A stretch of DNA of 64,000 bases from Saprospiraceae bacterium (lineage in GTDB: Bacteria; Bacteroidota; Bacteroidia; Chitinophagales; Saprospiraceae): contig JANTGI010000001.1 in assembly GCA_024762995.1 (NCBI GenBank), positions 29,971-93,970 on the forward strand. Direction: 5' to 3'. Positions 1 through 9,682 of the stretch are shown here, piece after piece. The notes beneath the pieces are model-generated. The model did not search any database. It saw only the letters and a list, made by a program, of their open reading frames with translations, and was not told the DNA's origin. The position numbers and the translations under genes were made by a program. Position 1 is the stretch's first letter. Each line of letters opens with the position of its first letter.

Positions 1-43
1 AGGGAAGACCGCCCGTGCCATTGCTCATATTAAAAAACAAATA

Positions 44-1645
44 ATGATTAAGACAGATTTTTTGGTTTTAGGTTCTGGTGTAGCCGGCTTGACATTTGCA
101 ATAAAAACCGCTCGAAAGCATCCGGACAAAAAGGTGATGGTCTTGACCAAGACCGTAAAGGGAGAAAGTAATACCAAATATGCCCAAGGTGGCGTAGCTG
201 CCGTATGGAATAAAGCGGTCGATGATTATGATAAGCATATAGCAGATACTTTGGATGCCGGTGATGGCCTATGTGATGAAGAGATTGTTGAAATTGTCGT
301 CAAAGAAGGTCCGCAGCGAGTCAAAGAACTGATTCAATGGGGAGCTAGATTTGATAAAAACAAAGATAGAAAATATGATTTAGGACGTGAAGGAGGGCAT
401 GGTGTAAATCGAATCCTACACTACAAGGATTTGACCGGATGGGAGATACAGCGGGCGCTATTAGAAGAGGCGAAATCCTTAAAAAACATCCAAGTAAGAG
501 AGCATTATTTTGCTTTAGAGATAATTACGCAGCACCATCTGGGACATTATGTCAATCGAGTGACCCCAAATATTAACTGCTACGGGATATATGTCTTGAA
601 CAAGAAAACCAAGAAAATTAAGACCATATTATCCAAAATAACGATTTTGGCGACCGGAGGAGCGGGGCAGATATATCGGGCTACGACAAATCCCGTGATA
701 GCGACCGGCGATGGCATGGCAATGGTTTATCGAGCAAATGGACGCGTGGCCAACATGGAGTTTGTACAATTTCATCCGACAGCCTTATATAATCCTGCCG
801 GAGAAAATCCATCATTTTTGGTATCAGAAGCCGTGCGGGGTTTTGGGGGCATTTTGAAGACGCAGGACGGCAAGGAGTTTATGCAAAATTATGACCCGCG
901 CAAATCCTTGGCACCGAGAGATATTGTGGCGCGAGCCATTGATAATGAGATGAAAAAACGGGGAGATGAATTTGTGTATTTGGATTGTACCCATCTAAAT
1001 ATGGATGACTTTAAAGCACATTTTCCTACCATTTACGATAAGTGTCTGTCTATTGGTATTGATGTGGCGACGGATTTTATTCCGGTGGTGCCGGCTTGTC
1101 ACTATATGTGTGGCGGTGTGCAGACAGATAAGTATGCGCGTACTTCTATCAATCGCCTTTATGCCGTAGGTGAGACCACTTGTACCGGCTTGCATGGCGC
1201 CAATCGGTTAGCGTCCAATTCTCTTTTGGAAGCGATGGTTTTTGCCAATCGTGCATTTAAACATGCTTCGAAGCTAATAGACGATTATGAATTTCAGACG
1301 GACATCCCCGCTTGGAATGCAGAAGGCACTACCGAGCCGAAAGAATTGGTTTTAATCACTCAAAGTTTAAAAGAGCTTAAAGAAACGATGAGTGCCTATG
1401 TGGGTATCGTACGCACAGATATACGATTAAAAAGGGCTTTAGACCGATTGCATCTCCTTTATGTCGAGACTGAAAAATTATATGCAGAGACCCGTTTGTC
1501 TCCGCAGCTTTGTGAGTTAAGGAATTTGATTACGGTCGCCTACCTGACTTCTAAATCGGCTTCCATGCGCAAAGAAAGTCGCGGTTTGCACTACAATACG
1601 GATCATCCGAAGAAACATAATTTTGTGGAAGATTCTATTTTGTAA
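44..1645 (+). CDS. nadB: L-aspartate oxidase
   Basis: 533-aa ORF. It has an N-terminal FAD dinucleotide-binding motif (DFLVLGSGVAGL), a fumarate reductase/succinate dehydrogenase flavoprotein-like core and a C-terminal ESRGLHY motif typical of NadB. Confidence 0.9.
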   Translation: MIKTDFLVLGSGVAGLTFAIKTARKHPDKKVMVLTKTVKGESNTKYAQGGVAAVWNKAVDDYDKHIADTLDAGDGLCDEEIVEIVVKEGPQRVKELIQWGARFDKNKDRKYDLGREGGHGVNRILHYKDLTGWEIQRALLEEAKSLKNIQVREHYFALEIITQHHLGHYVNRVTPNINCYGIYVLNKKTKKIKTILSKITILATGGAGQIYRATTNPVIATGDGMAMVYRANGRVANMEFVQFHPTALYNPAGENPSFLVSEAVRGFGGILKTQDGKEFMQNYDPRKSLAPRDIVARAIDNEMKKRGDEFVYLDCTHLNMDDFKAHFPTIYDKCLSIGIDVATDFIPVVPACHYMCGGVQTDKYARTSINRLYAVGETTCTGLHGANRLASNSLLEAMVFANRAFKHASKLIDDYEFQTDIPAWNAEGTTEPKELVLITQSLKELKETMSAYVGIVRTDIRLKRALDRLHLLYVETEKLYAETRLSPQLCELRNLITVAYLTSKSASMRKESRGLHYNTDHPKKHNFVEDSIL

Positions 1646-1701
1646 CTGATTTAAGGCCTGCCCGGCGCAGTGAAGGCTAGGCAGGTACTTTGGTATAACA
1701 G

Positions 1702-1945
1702 TGAGTCCACTGTAAAAAGTCTAGAGTTCGCTTGTTCGCCAAATTTTGTTTGGTTAGTTCTTTATCTTATTTTGTTCAATTGTGCAATCGTTAAATTGTT
1801 AAACTGAATGAATTGATTATCAATAAGTTATGAAATCAGCTGAACAATTGCACAGTTGAACAATTTAACAAAATGCCCCAAAACCAAATAATATTCTACT
1901 AAACAAGAGACAATCTTCCAAGATGGACTTTTTACAGCAGACTCA
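1702..1945. repeat. 244-bp long imperfect palindrome (MITE-like or giant hairpin) between convergent nadB and cysS
   Basis: The outer 20-nt arms are TGAGTCCACTGTAAAAAGTC (1702-1721) and its complement at 1926-1945, matching at 18/20. An inner ~34-nt imperfect inverted repeat (1770-1804 vs 1840-1873) shares the same symmetry axis near 1822. Confidence 0.6.
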
Positions 1946-1991
1946 ACAGTACAACGGCATCGCAACAACGGCATTTTATTCCACCAAGAAA

Positions 1992-3494
1992 TTACACCTT
2001 AGACCAAGTACTCCCGTCTTTCCCATCCTTTACTTGGATTTTCAGTTCGGCCAAGGCATCTCGAATCAAGTCTGATGTTGCCCAATCTTTGTCGGCGCGT
2101 GCTTTTTGGCGCATCGTAATCATCAGTTGCATGAGGCCATCAAGGGTTTTATCATCTTCGGCATTTTGCTCGGATTCGTTTCTAAGTCCAAAGACATCTT
2201 GGATAAAGCTTTGGTAGAAAGTCTTTAGATTTTGCAGAGTGGATTCCGATATTTGGGAAGAAGCGAGCTGCTTGTTTGCGAGCTTGTTGATGTAGCCGGC
2301 TAGTTCATGCAATTTGCCGATAGCGATGGCCGTATTGAAGTCATCGTCCATTCCGTCAGTGGTTTCTTGCATGAGCTTTAGGATGGCTTCGTCTGTTTCG
2401 GTTTTTGCGGAAGCATATGTATCAAAAGAAAGCCCTTGAAGCACCTTGTTGGCTTCCATTAATTTTTTGTATCCTTTTTCAGCCGCTTGTAAGGCTTCGT
2501 CGCTGATATCTAAAGTACTCCGATAGTGGGCTTGTAACATAAAAAAGCGAAGTACCATCGGACTGTACCCCTTAGATACATGGGGACTGTCTCCGGTAAA
2601 AAGTTCATAAGGTGTAATGGAATTGCCATCGCTCTTAGACATCTTTTTGCCGTGCATGAGCAGCATATTGGTATGTAGCCAATACTTGGCCGGAGCGACA
2701 CCGCAGGAGCCAATGTTTTGGGCGATTTCATTTTCATGATGGGGAAACTTCAAGTCATTGCCTCCACCGTGTATATCAAAATATTCTCCTAAGTACTTGG
2801 TACTCATCACCGAACATTCCAGGTGCCAGCCCGGAAATCCTATTGACCAAGGCGACTTCCATCTCATTAAATGGGTCGGAGAAGCTTTAATCCAGATAGC
2901 AAAATCGGACGGATGCCGTTTTTCACTTTGGTTTTTTAAGTCATCTCTTGTCTCCGTCATAAGTTCATCAATAACCCTTCCGGAAAGTTGCCCATAGACT
3001 TTTTTCTCTTTTTGAAACTTGACGGTATCAAAATACACGCTGCCATTTTCGATATAGGCAAAACCGTTATCCAGGATGTCTTGGACCATCTCAATTTGCT
3101 CAATGATGTGTCCGGTGGCACGAGGCTCAATATCAGGATCAAGTGCATTAAACCGATGCATCATATTGTGAAAACCATTCATGTAGTGTTGTACAATTTC
3201 CATGGGTTCCAATTGTTCCAGACGGGCTCTTTGGGAGATTTTGTCTTCGGCGTTTGAATCTGCATCCCCTTCAAGGTGTCCTACATCCGTGATGTTTCTC
3301 ACATATCGAACCTTGTAACCCAAGTGCATGAGATAACGATAAATGACATCAAAACTCACAAAAGTCCGAATATTTCCCAAGTGTACGTCACTATAGACCG
3401 TAGGGCCACAGACATACATGCCTACTTGCCCTTTGTGGATGGGTTCAAAAGTTACTTTTTTTCTTTCTAAAGAGTTGTAAAGTTTTAATGCCAT
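1992..3494 (-). CDS. cysS: cysteinyl-tRNA synthetase
   Basis: 500-aa ORF with a class I aaRS HIGH-type motif (DVHLGNIRT) and a KMSKS motif (KMSKSDGN). Overall CysRS architecture. Confidence 0.95.
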   Translation of the reverse strand: MALKLYNSLERKKVTFEPIHKGQVGMYVCGPTVYSDVHLGNIRTFVSFDVIYRYLMHLGYKVRYVRNITDVGHLEGDADSNAEDKISQRARLEQLEPMEIVQHYMNGFHNMMHRFNALDPDIEPRATGHIIEQIEMVQDILDNGFAYIENGSVYFDTVKFQKEKKVYGQLSGRVIDELMTETRDDLKNQSEKRHPSDFAIWIKASPTHLMRWKSPWSIGFPGWHLECSVMSTKYLGEYFDIHGGGNDLKFPHHENEIAQNIGSCGVAPAKYWLHTNMLLMHGKKMSKSDGNSITPYELFTGDSPHVSKGYSPMVLRFFMLQAHYRSTLDISDEALQAAEKGYKKLMEANKVLQGLSFDTYASAKTETDEAILKLMQETTDGMDDDFNTAIAIGKLHELAGYINKLANKQLASSQISESTLQNLKTFYQSFIQDVFGLRNESEQNAEDDKTLDGLMQLMITMRQKARADKDWATSDLIRDALAELKIQVKDGKDGSTWSKV

Positions 3495-3588
3495 GGTACA
3501 GTTTTTCGATTTGGCAAAAGCCGATGATTAAACATACAGAATAAGTGACGATTATTTTTGCCCACAGATTCTTTTTGTATATGTCTTG

Positions 3589-3596
3589 CAAAGATA
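3589..3596 (-). promoter_or_regulatory. candidate Bacteroidota -7 promoter box (TAtcTTTG) for cysS
   Basis: The minus strand reads TATCTTTG, matching the TAnnTTTG consensus, about 95 nt upstream of the cysS ATG. Confidence 0.35.
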
Positions 3597-3850
3597 GGTG
3601 AATTTAACGTTGTGTAGAATGGGAAAGTTCTTGGATTGCTCGGTAATTACCCGTTTTTCTACAACGGCTTCATTAAAGAGGATGAGACACGGTGGTTACT
3701 AGTTTCCCAAAGGCAAATGACCGGTGTGTTTTTCACATGTTTTTGACTTAGATTTTCGCATCATGCCCGTTTGTACCCGCCATACAAAACCACTATTTCC
3801 TATTATTTGTGGCGATTTAGATTTGCGCTAAAATGCCTTTTTGAGACAAT

Positions 3851-4921
3851 TCAATCATACCAAGTGACATCTGCCATTACCGGATAATGGTCAGAAAATG
3901 GTACTTTTAGGACTTCATGGCGGAGCGTCTTAAAGGAATTGGGGACTAAAACATAATCAATACGAAGATTCAAAGACATCCCCGGGAAGGTCATTCCGGT
4001 ACCTTTTCCCCTTTCGGTAAACGTATCTTTTTTATTTTCCGAAAGGATATGGTAGCTATTAGATAAAGGCGGATCGTTAAAGTCACCGGCAAAAATAACG
4101 GGATAGGGTGATTGTAGAGCCAACTGTTTGATTTCGTTGGCCTGATTAGTTCTTTGCCTAGCAGTCATCCGATAGAGGGCAAATATTTTGCGTATGGTAG
4201 CCCAAGTTTTTCTTTTTTGTAAATCTGCATCGTCTGCCAGTTTTTTGGTTTCGGTACTGATGGCATTTGATTGGAGATGAATGCTAAAGAATCGGATGAT
4301 TTTGCCATGGACATCAATATCCGCCCAAGCATAGGCATTACCTGATTTGTAAAATCTTTTTTGCTCAAATTTTAGAATGGGGTATCTGCTGATGATAGAG
4401 GCTTCTTTACTTTTTTTGGACGTATAGACCGTAGAATAATAATGGAGGTTATCTGCCAGATACTTGGTGACGGACATAGAAGTTTCTTGACATAGGATTA
4501 TATCGGGATGCGTTTTCTCCAGGAATTGCTTAAACTCTTTTTCTTTTTTGTTATTGGTTTCCCGAAACCCTCTTAAACTGTGCGTATTGTAGGTCATTAT
4601 CCGCAAGGTCTTTTGTTGGGGAGATGCTTTCGCAAAAGAATGATGCTGATAGATTCTAGCTGGAGTAAACCATCCCCAAACAAGAATAACTAAAGGAAAA
4701 ATAATGGTAAAGGCTCTGTGTCGGTAGCCGAAAGCTAACCTGACAACCCAGTAAAGCAAAGCAAGAAAATTGGCGGCATAAAGCCAAGGAAAAATTAAAG
4801 CAAAAAAGGCATAAAGCCAATTTTTGGCCGGATCTACAAAGGGTGACGTTAAAGCAATCAACCCGGCGGCCGCAAAAAGAAGCGTAAAAATTAAGTCAAT
4901 GTGCTTAATTAATTTTTTCAT
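3851..4921 (-). CDS. membrane-anchored endonuclease/exonuclease/phosphatase (EEP) family protein
   Basis: 356 aa. The N-terminus carries several hydrophobic helices, followed by an EEP domain with hallmarks (LRIMTYNTH, DIILCQE, C-terminal SDHYPV). Confidence 0.8.
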   Translation of the reverse strand: MKKLIKHIDLIFTLLFAAAGLIALTSPFVDPAKNWLYAFFALIFPWLYAANFLALLYWVVRLAFGYRHRAFTIIFPLVILVWGWFTPARIYQHHSFAKASPQQKTLRIMTYNTHSLRGFRETNNKKEKEFKQFLEKTHPDIILCQETSMSVTKYLADNLHYYSTVYTSKKSKEASIISRYPILKFEQKRFYKSGNAYAWADIDVHGKIIRFFSIHLQSNAISTETKKLADDADLQKRKTWATIRKIFALYRMTARQRTNQANEIKQLALQSPYPVIFAGDFNDPPLSNSYHILSENKKDTFTERGKGTGMTFPGMSLNLRIDYVLVPNSFKTLRHEVLKVPFSDHYPVMADVTWYD

Positions 4922-4944
4922 AAGGGGAACGAAGGCAGGGTCAA

Positions 4945-5910
4945 TTATCGGTTGCTGGCTTTGAAAAGAAATTCTTTTTCTGCCTTGGTCAAGCTATCGT
5001 ATCCGGAAGCTCTTATTTTGTCCAAGATGGCATCCAAATGCTCTTGAAAGCTCTGTTTATCCATGTCTTCCACCTTAATGATGGGCTTTTTTCTTGTTTT
5101 TTTGGTACCGGCGGTTTTGACTACCGTAAGATGAGAAGCCGGTTTGGGGCGTCGTGACGTACGCTGAAAGGGCTCTTTGCGCATATGGCTACGACGCTTG
5201 GAAGGACTAAAGAAATATTTGATACTGTCTATGGCTTTGTTAAAAGGAGCCCCCAAATCTTGTCCGTTACGAATGGAATAAATGTACAAAAATCCAAATA
5301 AGAAGCCACCTAAATGACCAAAATGCCCCCCGGTGTTCATATTACTGCCTAAGGCGGCAACATCCAAAATCAATAAAATGGCTACGATATATTTTAGTTT
5401 GACACGTCCGATGAGCAGTAGGCGAATTTCATAATCAGGGGCTATCATGGCCGCAGCCGCTGCAATGGCCATCACGCCCCCCGACGCCCCTAAGGCGTAT
5501 ATCGTTCCATTTTGTCCGTAAGGAAGCAACATCGCTGAGAAAAAGAACATCAATCCGGCAACCGCCCCTCCTAATACATATATCGGTAAAATATGCCGAT
5601 CTCCTATCAAATCACCAACAATCTGACCAAAAATATATAGCCAGAGCATATTAAACAACAAGTGAAAAAAGCCTAAATGTAAAAATGTAGCCGTCACAAA
5701 AACCCAAGGATGAGTCAATAAATGCTTCCAATCAGAAGAAAGGGAGAAAAATTGAGTAAAAGCCGCAAAGTAGTTGAGTTGGAAGCCCTGTAGTATCAAT
5801 CTCACCAAAATAACCATAAGAAAGACGGCTACATTGATAATAATGAGCCGCGTCACCATGTTACCGGTGCGATAGTTTCTTAATAGGTCATCTTTGATTG
5901 ATCGGAACAT
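4945..5910 (-). CDS. rhomboid family intramembrane serine protease
   Basis: Polytopic membrane protein with a catalytic GASGG motif and a downstream HLGGFLFG histidine helix. The internal ATG at 5910 (MFRSIKDD...) is preferred over the longer track ORF, whose N-terminus does not look rhomboid-like. Confidence 0.8.
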   Translation of the reverse strand: MFRSIKDDLLRNYRTGNMVTRLIIINVAVFLMVILVRLILQGFQLNYFAAFTQFFSLSSDWKHLLTHPWVFVTATFLHLGFFHLLFNMLWLYIFGQIVGDLIGDRHILPIYVLGGAVAGLMFFFSAMLLPYGQNGTIYALGASGGVMAIAAAAAMIAPDYEIRLLLIGRVKLKYIVAILLILDVAALGSNMNTGGHFGHLGGFLFGFLYIYSIRNGQDLGAPFNKAIDSIKYFFSPSKRRSHMRKEPFQRTSRRPKPASHLTVVKTAGTKKTRKKPIIKVEDMDKQSFQEHLDAILDKIRASGYDSLTKAEKEFLFKASNR

Positions 5911-6205
5911 AAAAGCAATATAGTGGTTTTTGTGGATTGTTGGCGAAATTCTTTGGTATAAACGAATAGCGTCCTTGCTTAGTTTGGTAGAGCAGGTATT
6001 TTTTTTGGAAAGTCCAACAAAATTATTGGGTATCAACAATTAGCCTATTCTACCACCGGTTTGATTCCGGCAGGTTTTTGCCATAAAATGTCCTTTTGTC
6101 CCTATTTTTGAGCTAAAAGGCCTGTTTTTTCCTATCAAAAGACTGGGATTTCCGAAACAGTTATCTTTTTTTTGTAATATTTGAGCATTTGTATGGTGTT
6201 TTAAT

Positions 6206-6213
6206 TACATTTG
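6206..6213 (+). promoter_or_regulatory. candidate -7 promoter box (TAcaTTTG)
   Basis: TACATTTG lies 75 nt upstream of the ATG at 6288. A second match, TACTTTTG, is at 6227-6234. Confidence 0.3.
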
Positions 6214-6287
6214 TGCAAATCGGTACTACTTTTGTGGAACTTGACAACAAAACAGTCGCTTGTCGTCATCTACACACTATTTCCTTT

Positions 6288-7844
6288 ATGGAAAAAGTTA
6301 TAACCCAAAAATTGAAATACATGCAAAAAATATGTTCATGGATGTCTATTCTAGGCATTCTGTTTTTGGCGCAAGCCTGCCAAGTTGTCGAAGATGTAAG
6401 TGTGAACAAAAGCCAAGTCGAAATAGCGGTACCTTTGTTTCATGCCCAAATGTCCATCTTGGATATGCTCAAAAACTCTAAAGATAGTGCTTCCTTAAAA
6501 GTATATCCGAATAATCAAATTTCTTTCTTGTATGATGGAGAGTTGGTGAGAAAAACATCGGAGGACATTCTTGGTACCATCCCGGAGAATAAGATTCCCA
6601 TTGTTTTGCCAATGATGGATGTACCTTTAACCATCCTAAATGGCGTCCAAATCAATGAAGCGCAGATTAAAAATGGGTATTTGCATTACAAATTCACAAA
6701 TGATACAGCCGATTCGGACATTACTGTCGATTTTACGATTCCCCAGCTTTTGGATGGTACGCAGCCGTTTATGACACAAATAGTCATTTCGAAAGCCAAT
6801 GGTCTGCCGGCATCCTATGAAGACTCTTTGGATTTATCCGGCTATGACTTAGATGTATCTGCCGGGATACTAAGCCTGCATCATACGGCAGTTAATGAAA
6901 ATGGCCAGCAAGTTACATTAGCCATTGATTCCGATCTAGCTAATCCCACCAAAAGCTATGTCTATTTGAAAGATGTGGTCTTTTCTTATGTTGAAGGGCA
7001 TTGGGACAGAGTAGTTCATGATTTTGAAGCACAAGACATAAAAATTGATTTCTTTGAAAACAACTTTGTCAATGGAGAAATCTACTTTGATGACCCTAAG
7101 GTGGAGTTTACGATTATCAGTTCTTTTGGGCTGCCGGTTAGGACAAAACTCAACTATTTTCGTATTGTTGAAAAAGACAGCTCTCAAGTGGATATGGTCA
7201 GCCAAGCATTGATAGACGGGATTGATTTTAACTATCCATCGCTGTCCGAAATCGGAGAAACAAAAGAAACTTTCTTCTCTTTCAATAAGTCCAATTCTAA
7301 TATTGCCGACATCTTGAACACGAATCCCGTCCGGATAGAATATGATATTGATGTGACGGTCAATCCGGACAATCTTTCTAGCTCTATAGGTTTTGCTACG
7401 GATTCCAGCTATTTTTCTATGTTGGCCAGGGCAGAATTGCCATTAATCGGCAAGGTAAACCACTTCCTTACGGAAAAAGAATTTGATGTAGATTTTGGTA
7501 ATAAGGATGCTAAAGAAGGTGTACTAAAAATCGCTACCGATAATGAATTACCGCTGGAAGTGGCCATTCAATTATACTTTTTGGATGAGAATGGAGTGGT
7601 ATTGGACTCTTTGCATTCAGGAGACGATGCGGTTATTTTGGAGGCCGCTGATTTTCCGGGGCCTTCTTCTAAACATACGGAAATAGAGTTTCCAATTGAT
7701 GCCCAACATTGGGCCAATATCAACCGCACCAAGAAAATTAGATTGAAAGGCAATTACACAAGTAGTCAAGATGGTCAGCAAATTGTCACTTTTTTGGCCA
7801 CACAAAAGACCCAATTAAAGGTAGGACTAAAGCTTAAGTATTAG
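6288..7844 (+). CDS. hypothetical lipoprotein (unknown function)
   Basis: Start chosen at MEKVITQKLKYMQKICSWMSILGILFLAQAC, a signal peptide with a lipobox-like Cys. The protein is beta-rich and ends in an alternating hydrophobic strand, LKVGLKLKY. I recognise no catalytic motif. Confidence 0.6.
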   Translation: MEKVITQKLKYMQKICSWMSILGILFLAQACQVVEDVSVNKSQVEIAVPLFHAQMSILDMLKNSKDSASLKVYPNNQISFLYDGELVRKTSEDILGTIPENKIPIVLPMMDVPLTILNGVQINEAQIKNGYLHYKFTNDTADSDITVDFTIPQLLDGTQPFMTQIVISKANGLPASYEDSLDLSGYDLDVSAGILSLHHTAVNENGQQVTLAIDSDLANPTKSYVYLKDVVFSYVEGHWDRVVHDFEAQDIKIDFFENNFVNGEIYFDDPKVEFTIISSFGLPVRTKLNYFRIVEKDSSQVDMVSQALIDGIDFNYPSLSEIGETKETFFSFNKSNSNIADILNTNPVRIEYDIDVTVNPDNLSSSIGFATDSSYFSMLARAELPLIGKVNHFLTEKEFDVDFGNKDAKEGVLKIATDNELPLEVAIQLYFLDENGVVLDSLHSGDDAVILEAADFPGPSSKHTEIEFPIDAQHWANINRTKKIRLKGNYTSSQDGQQIVTFLATQKTQLKVGLKLKY

Positions 7845-7899
7845 CCACCTTCTTCCCTATAAAACCATCTTCTCTCGACTCGATTAAAAACCATCAAAT

Positions 7900-9252
7900 A
7901 TGTTTAAATATTTTGCCTTTTTTCTGTTCTTTTTTGGATGCTTTTTTGCGCAAGCGCAGCAAGAAGTGAGCTTGCCGATGATGCTAGACATACCCAATAG
8001 CGTTCGGTTTAATCCGGCATGGACAACGGGGTATAAGTGGACCGTTTCTTTACCGTCAATCAGCCAAAATTTTTCATCAAATGGACCAAGTGTAGATCAG
8101 TTATTTGAAGATAATGGAAATGGCAACTATATCTTACACGTCGATCAAGCGGTCGCACAATTAAAAGAAGATAATCTAATATCAAATATTACGAAGATTG
8201 AAGTTTTGGGTCTTTCCCATCAATGGAAAAAATCATTTTTTCATATTAATTTTGGGGTTAGGACAAATGTAGGCGTGTCGTTTAAAAAGGCTTTAGCAGA
8301 ATTGGCTGCTTTCGGAAACGGCCCGTATGTCGGCCAAACGCTGGAGATAGGCCCAAGCATTGATGCTCAAGCATTTACAGAGATTGGAGTGGGTTATTCA
8401 CATCAGATTGGTTCCCTGCGTGTCGGGGCAACAGTGAAGTTTCTCAATGGCTTGGCTTCTGCCACAACAACCAAAAGTAAAATTAGTGTATATACTGATC
8501 CGGAGTATTATCAATTGACGGCAACATCGGATTACGAATTACAATCCAGTAGCTTTATCAGTTTAGACTCTTTGGGGAAAATAAATCTTAGCCCGGAAAA
8601 CTTTACGCCACAAATGGCGCTTAAGAATGGTGGCACAGCGTTTGACTTGGGCTTAGATTATAAAATAACAGACCGGTTGTCAGTATCTGCTTCTGCGATA
8701 GATTTGGGCAGTATTCTTTGGAAGGAAAATGCACAAACACTGACAAGTAAAGGTAGTTTTACCTATGATGGTTTAGCGGCGGATGGCGGGCTGTCTGCGA
8801 TTGATTCGACCTCCCTAACGGACTTGGTGGATTCTGTGCAAAATATTTTTAATTTTTCTCAAAAAACCGGTGAGTTTAAGACTCCGCTTGCGCGAAAATT
8901 TACAGTCGGCGCTAGGTACCAAATGGCCAAGACCACATTAAGCGGTATATTGGATGTATCGAGTGCCGGAGAAAAGATGCGCCCTTCTTTTGCATTGGGA
9001 GCGCGGACTTATGTAGCCAAATGGATTGCCTTAGGCGGAGTGGTCTCTTACAAAAATGAAGAAATTGATCATTTAGGTCTGAATGCCACATTTAAGCTAG
9101 GCCCGATACAGCTTTATTTACTCACCGATAATGCCTTGAGCTATATCTTTCCGACTTCCGCAAATGATTTACATTTCAGAGCCGGCCTGAATTTAGTCTT
9201 TGGAAAAATCAATGAAGACAAAACGAAGGAAATTTTAGCCCCCCATTTATAG
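7900..9252 (+). CDS. hypothetical outer-membrane beta-barrel-like protein
   Basis: 450 aa with a signal peptide (FFLFFFGCFFAQAQ). Amphipathic beta-strand periodicity with G/S/T-rich turns runs throughout. No family assignment was possible by eye. Confidence 0.55.
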   Translation: MFKYFAFFLFFFGCFFAQAQQEVSLPMMLDIPNSVRFNPAWTTGYKWTVSLPSISQNFSSNGPSVDQLFEDNGNGNYILHVDQAVAQLKEDNLISNITKIEVLGLSHQWKKSFFHINFGVRTNVGVSFKKALAELAAFGNGPYVGQTLEIGPSIDAQAFTEIGVGYSHQIGSLRVGATVKFLNGLASATTTKSKISVYTDPEYYQLTATSDYELQSSSFISLDSLGKINLSPENFTPQMALKNGGTAFDLGLDYKITDRLSVSASAIDLGSILWKENAQTLTSKGSFTYDGLAADGGLSAIDSTSLTDLVDSVQNIFNFSQKTGEFKTPLARKFTVGARYQMAKTTLSGILDVSSAGEKMRPSFALGARTYVAKWIALGGVVSYKNEEIDHLGLNATFKLGPIQLYLLTDNALSYIFPTSANDLHFRAGLNLVFGKINEDKTKEILAPHL

Positions 9253-9534
9253 ATTGGTCGCTTGTGTTTTGGTAGTCAGCCTAGCTCTATAGCCTTCGCT
9301 ACAACAGGCGACTCCAAACTTGATTTCGGGAATTTAATACTTTTAGCGGAAAACAACTTAGGTGTCCCTGTTTTATGGCGAAAACTTAGGGGCGCTAGCA
9401 GTTACATTTAACGATACGGAAATTAATAGGCAATTATCTTCATACAATGGTTCGGGAAAAAAAAGCCATATTTAATTGTCAGGAAAAAGTAGCACCTATG
9501 TAGGTGGAATTTATAGTTTCATAGAAACGACACA

Positions 9535-9566
9535 TTACAGACTGGGACGTAAGTCCCAGTCTGTAA
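9535..9566. repeat. perfect 14-bp stem hairpin with GTAA loop, the core of a dispersed repeat
   Basis: TTACAGACTGGGAC-GTAA-GTCCCAGTCTGTAA. It lies between convergent genes, and its flanks are about 80% identical to 53316-53396. Confidence 0.75.
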
Positions 9567-9682
9567 AGAACAAATTTTAAGAGTACCATCGGCACGGCAT
9601 AAGCACAAGTTGAGCCTAATCGGGATAGTTGGTTTTATACGGAGTAAATAATATTTGCTTTTGTTTGGAAGCTTCCACGCAC

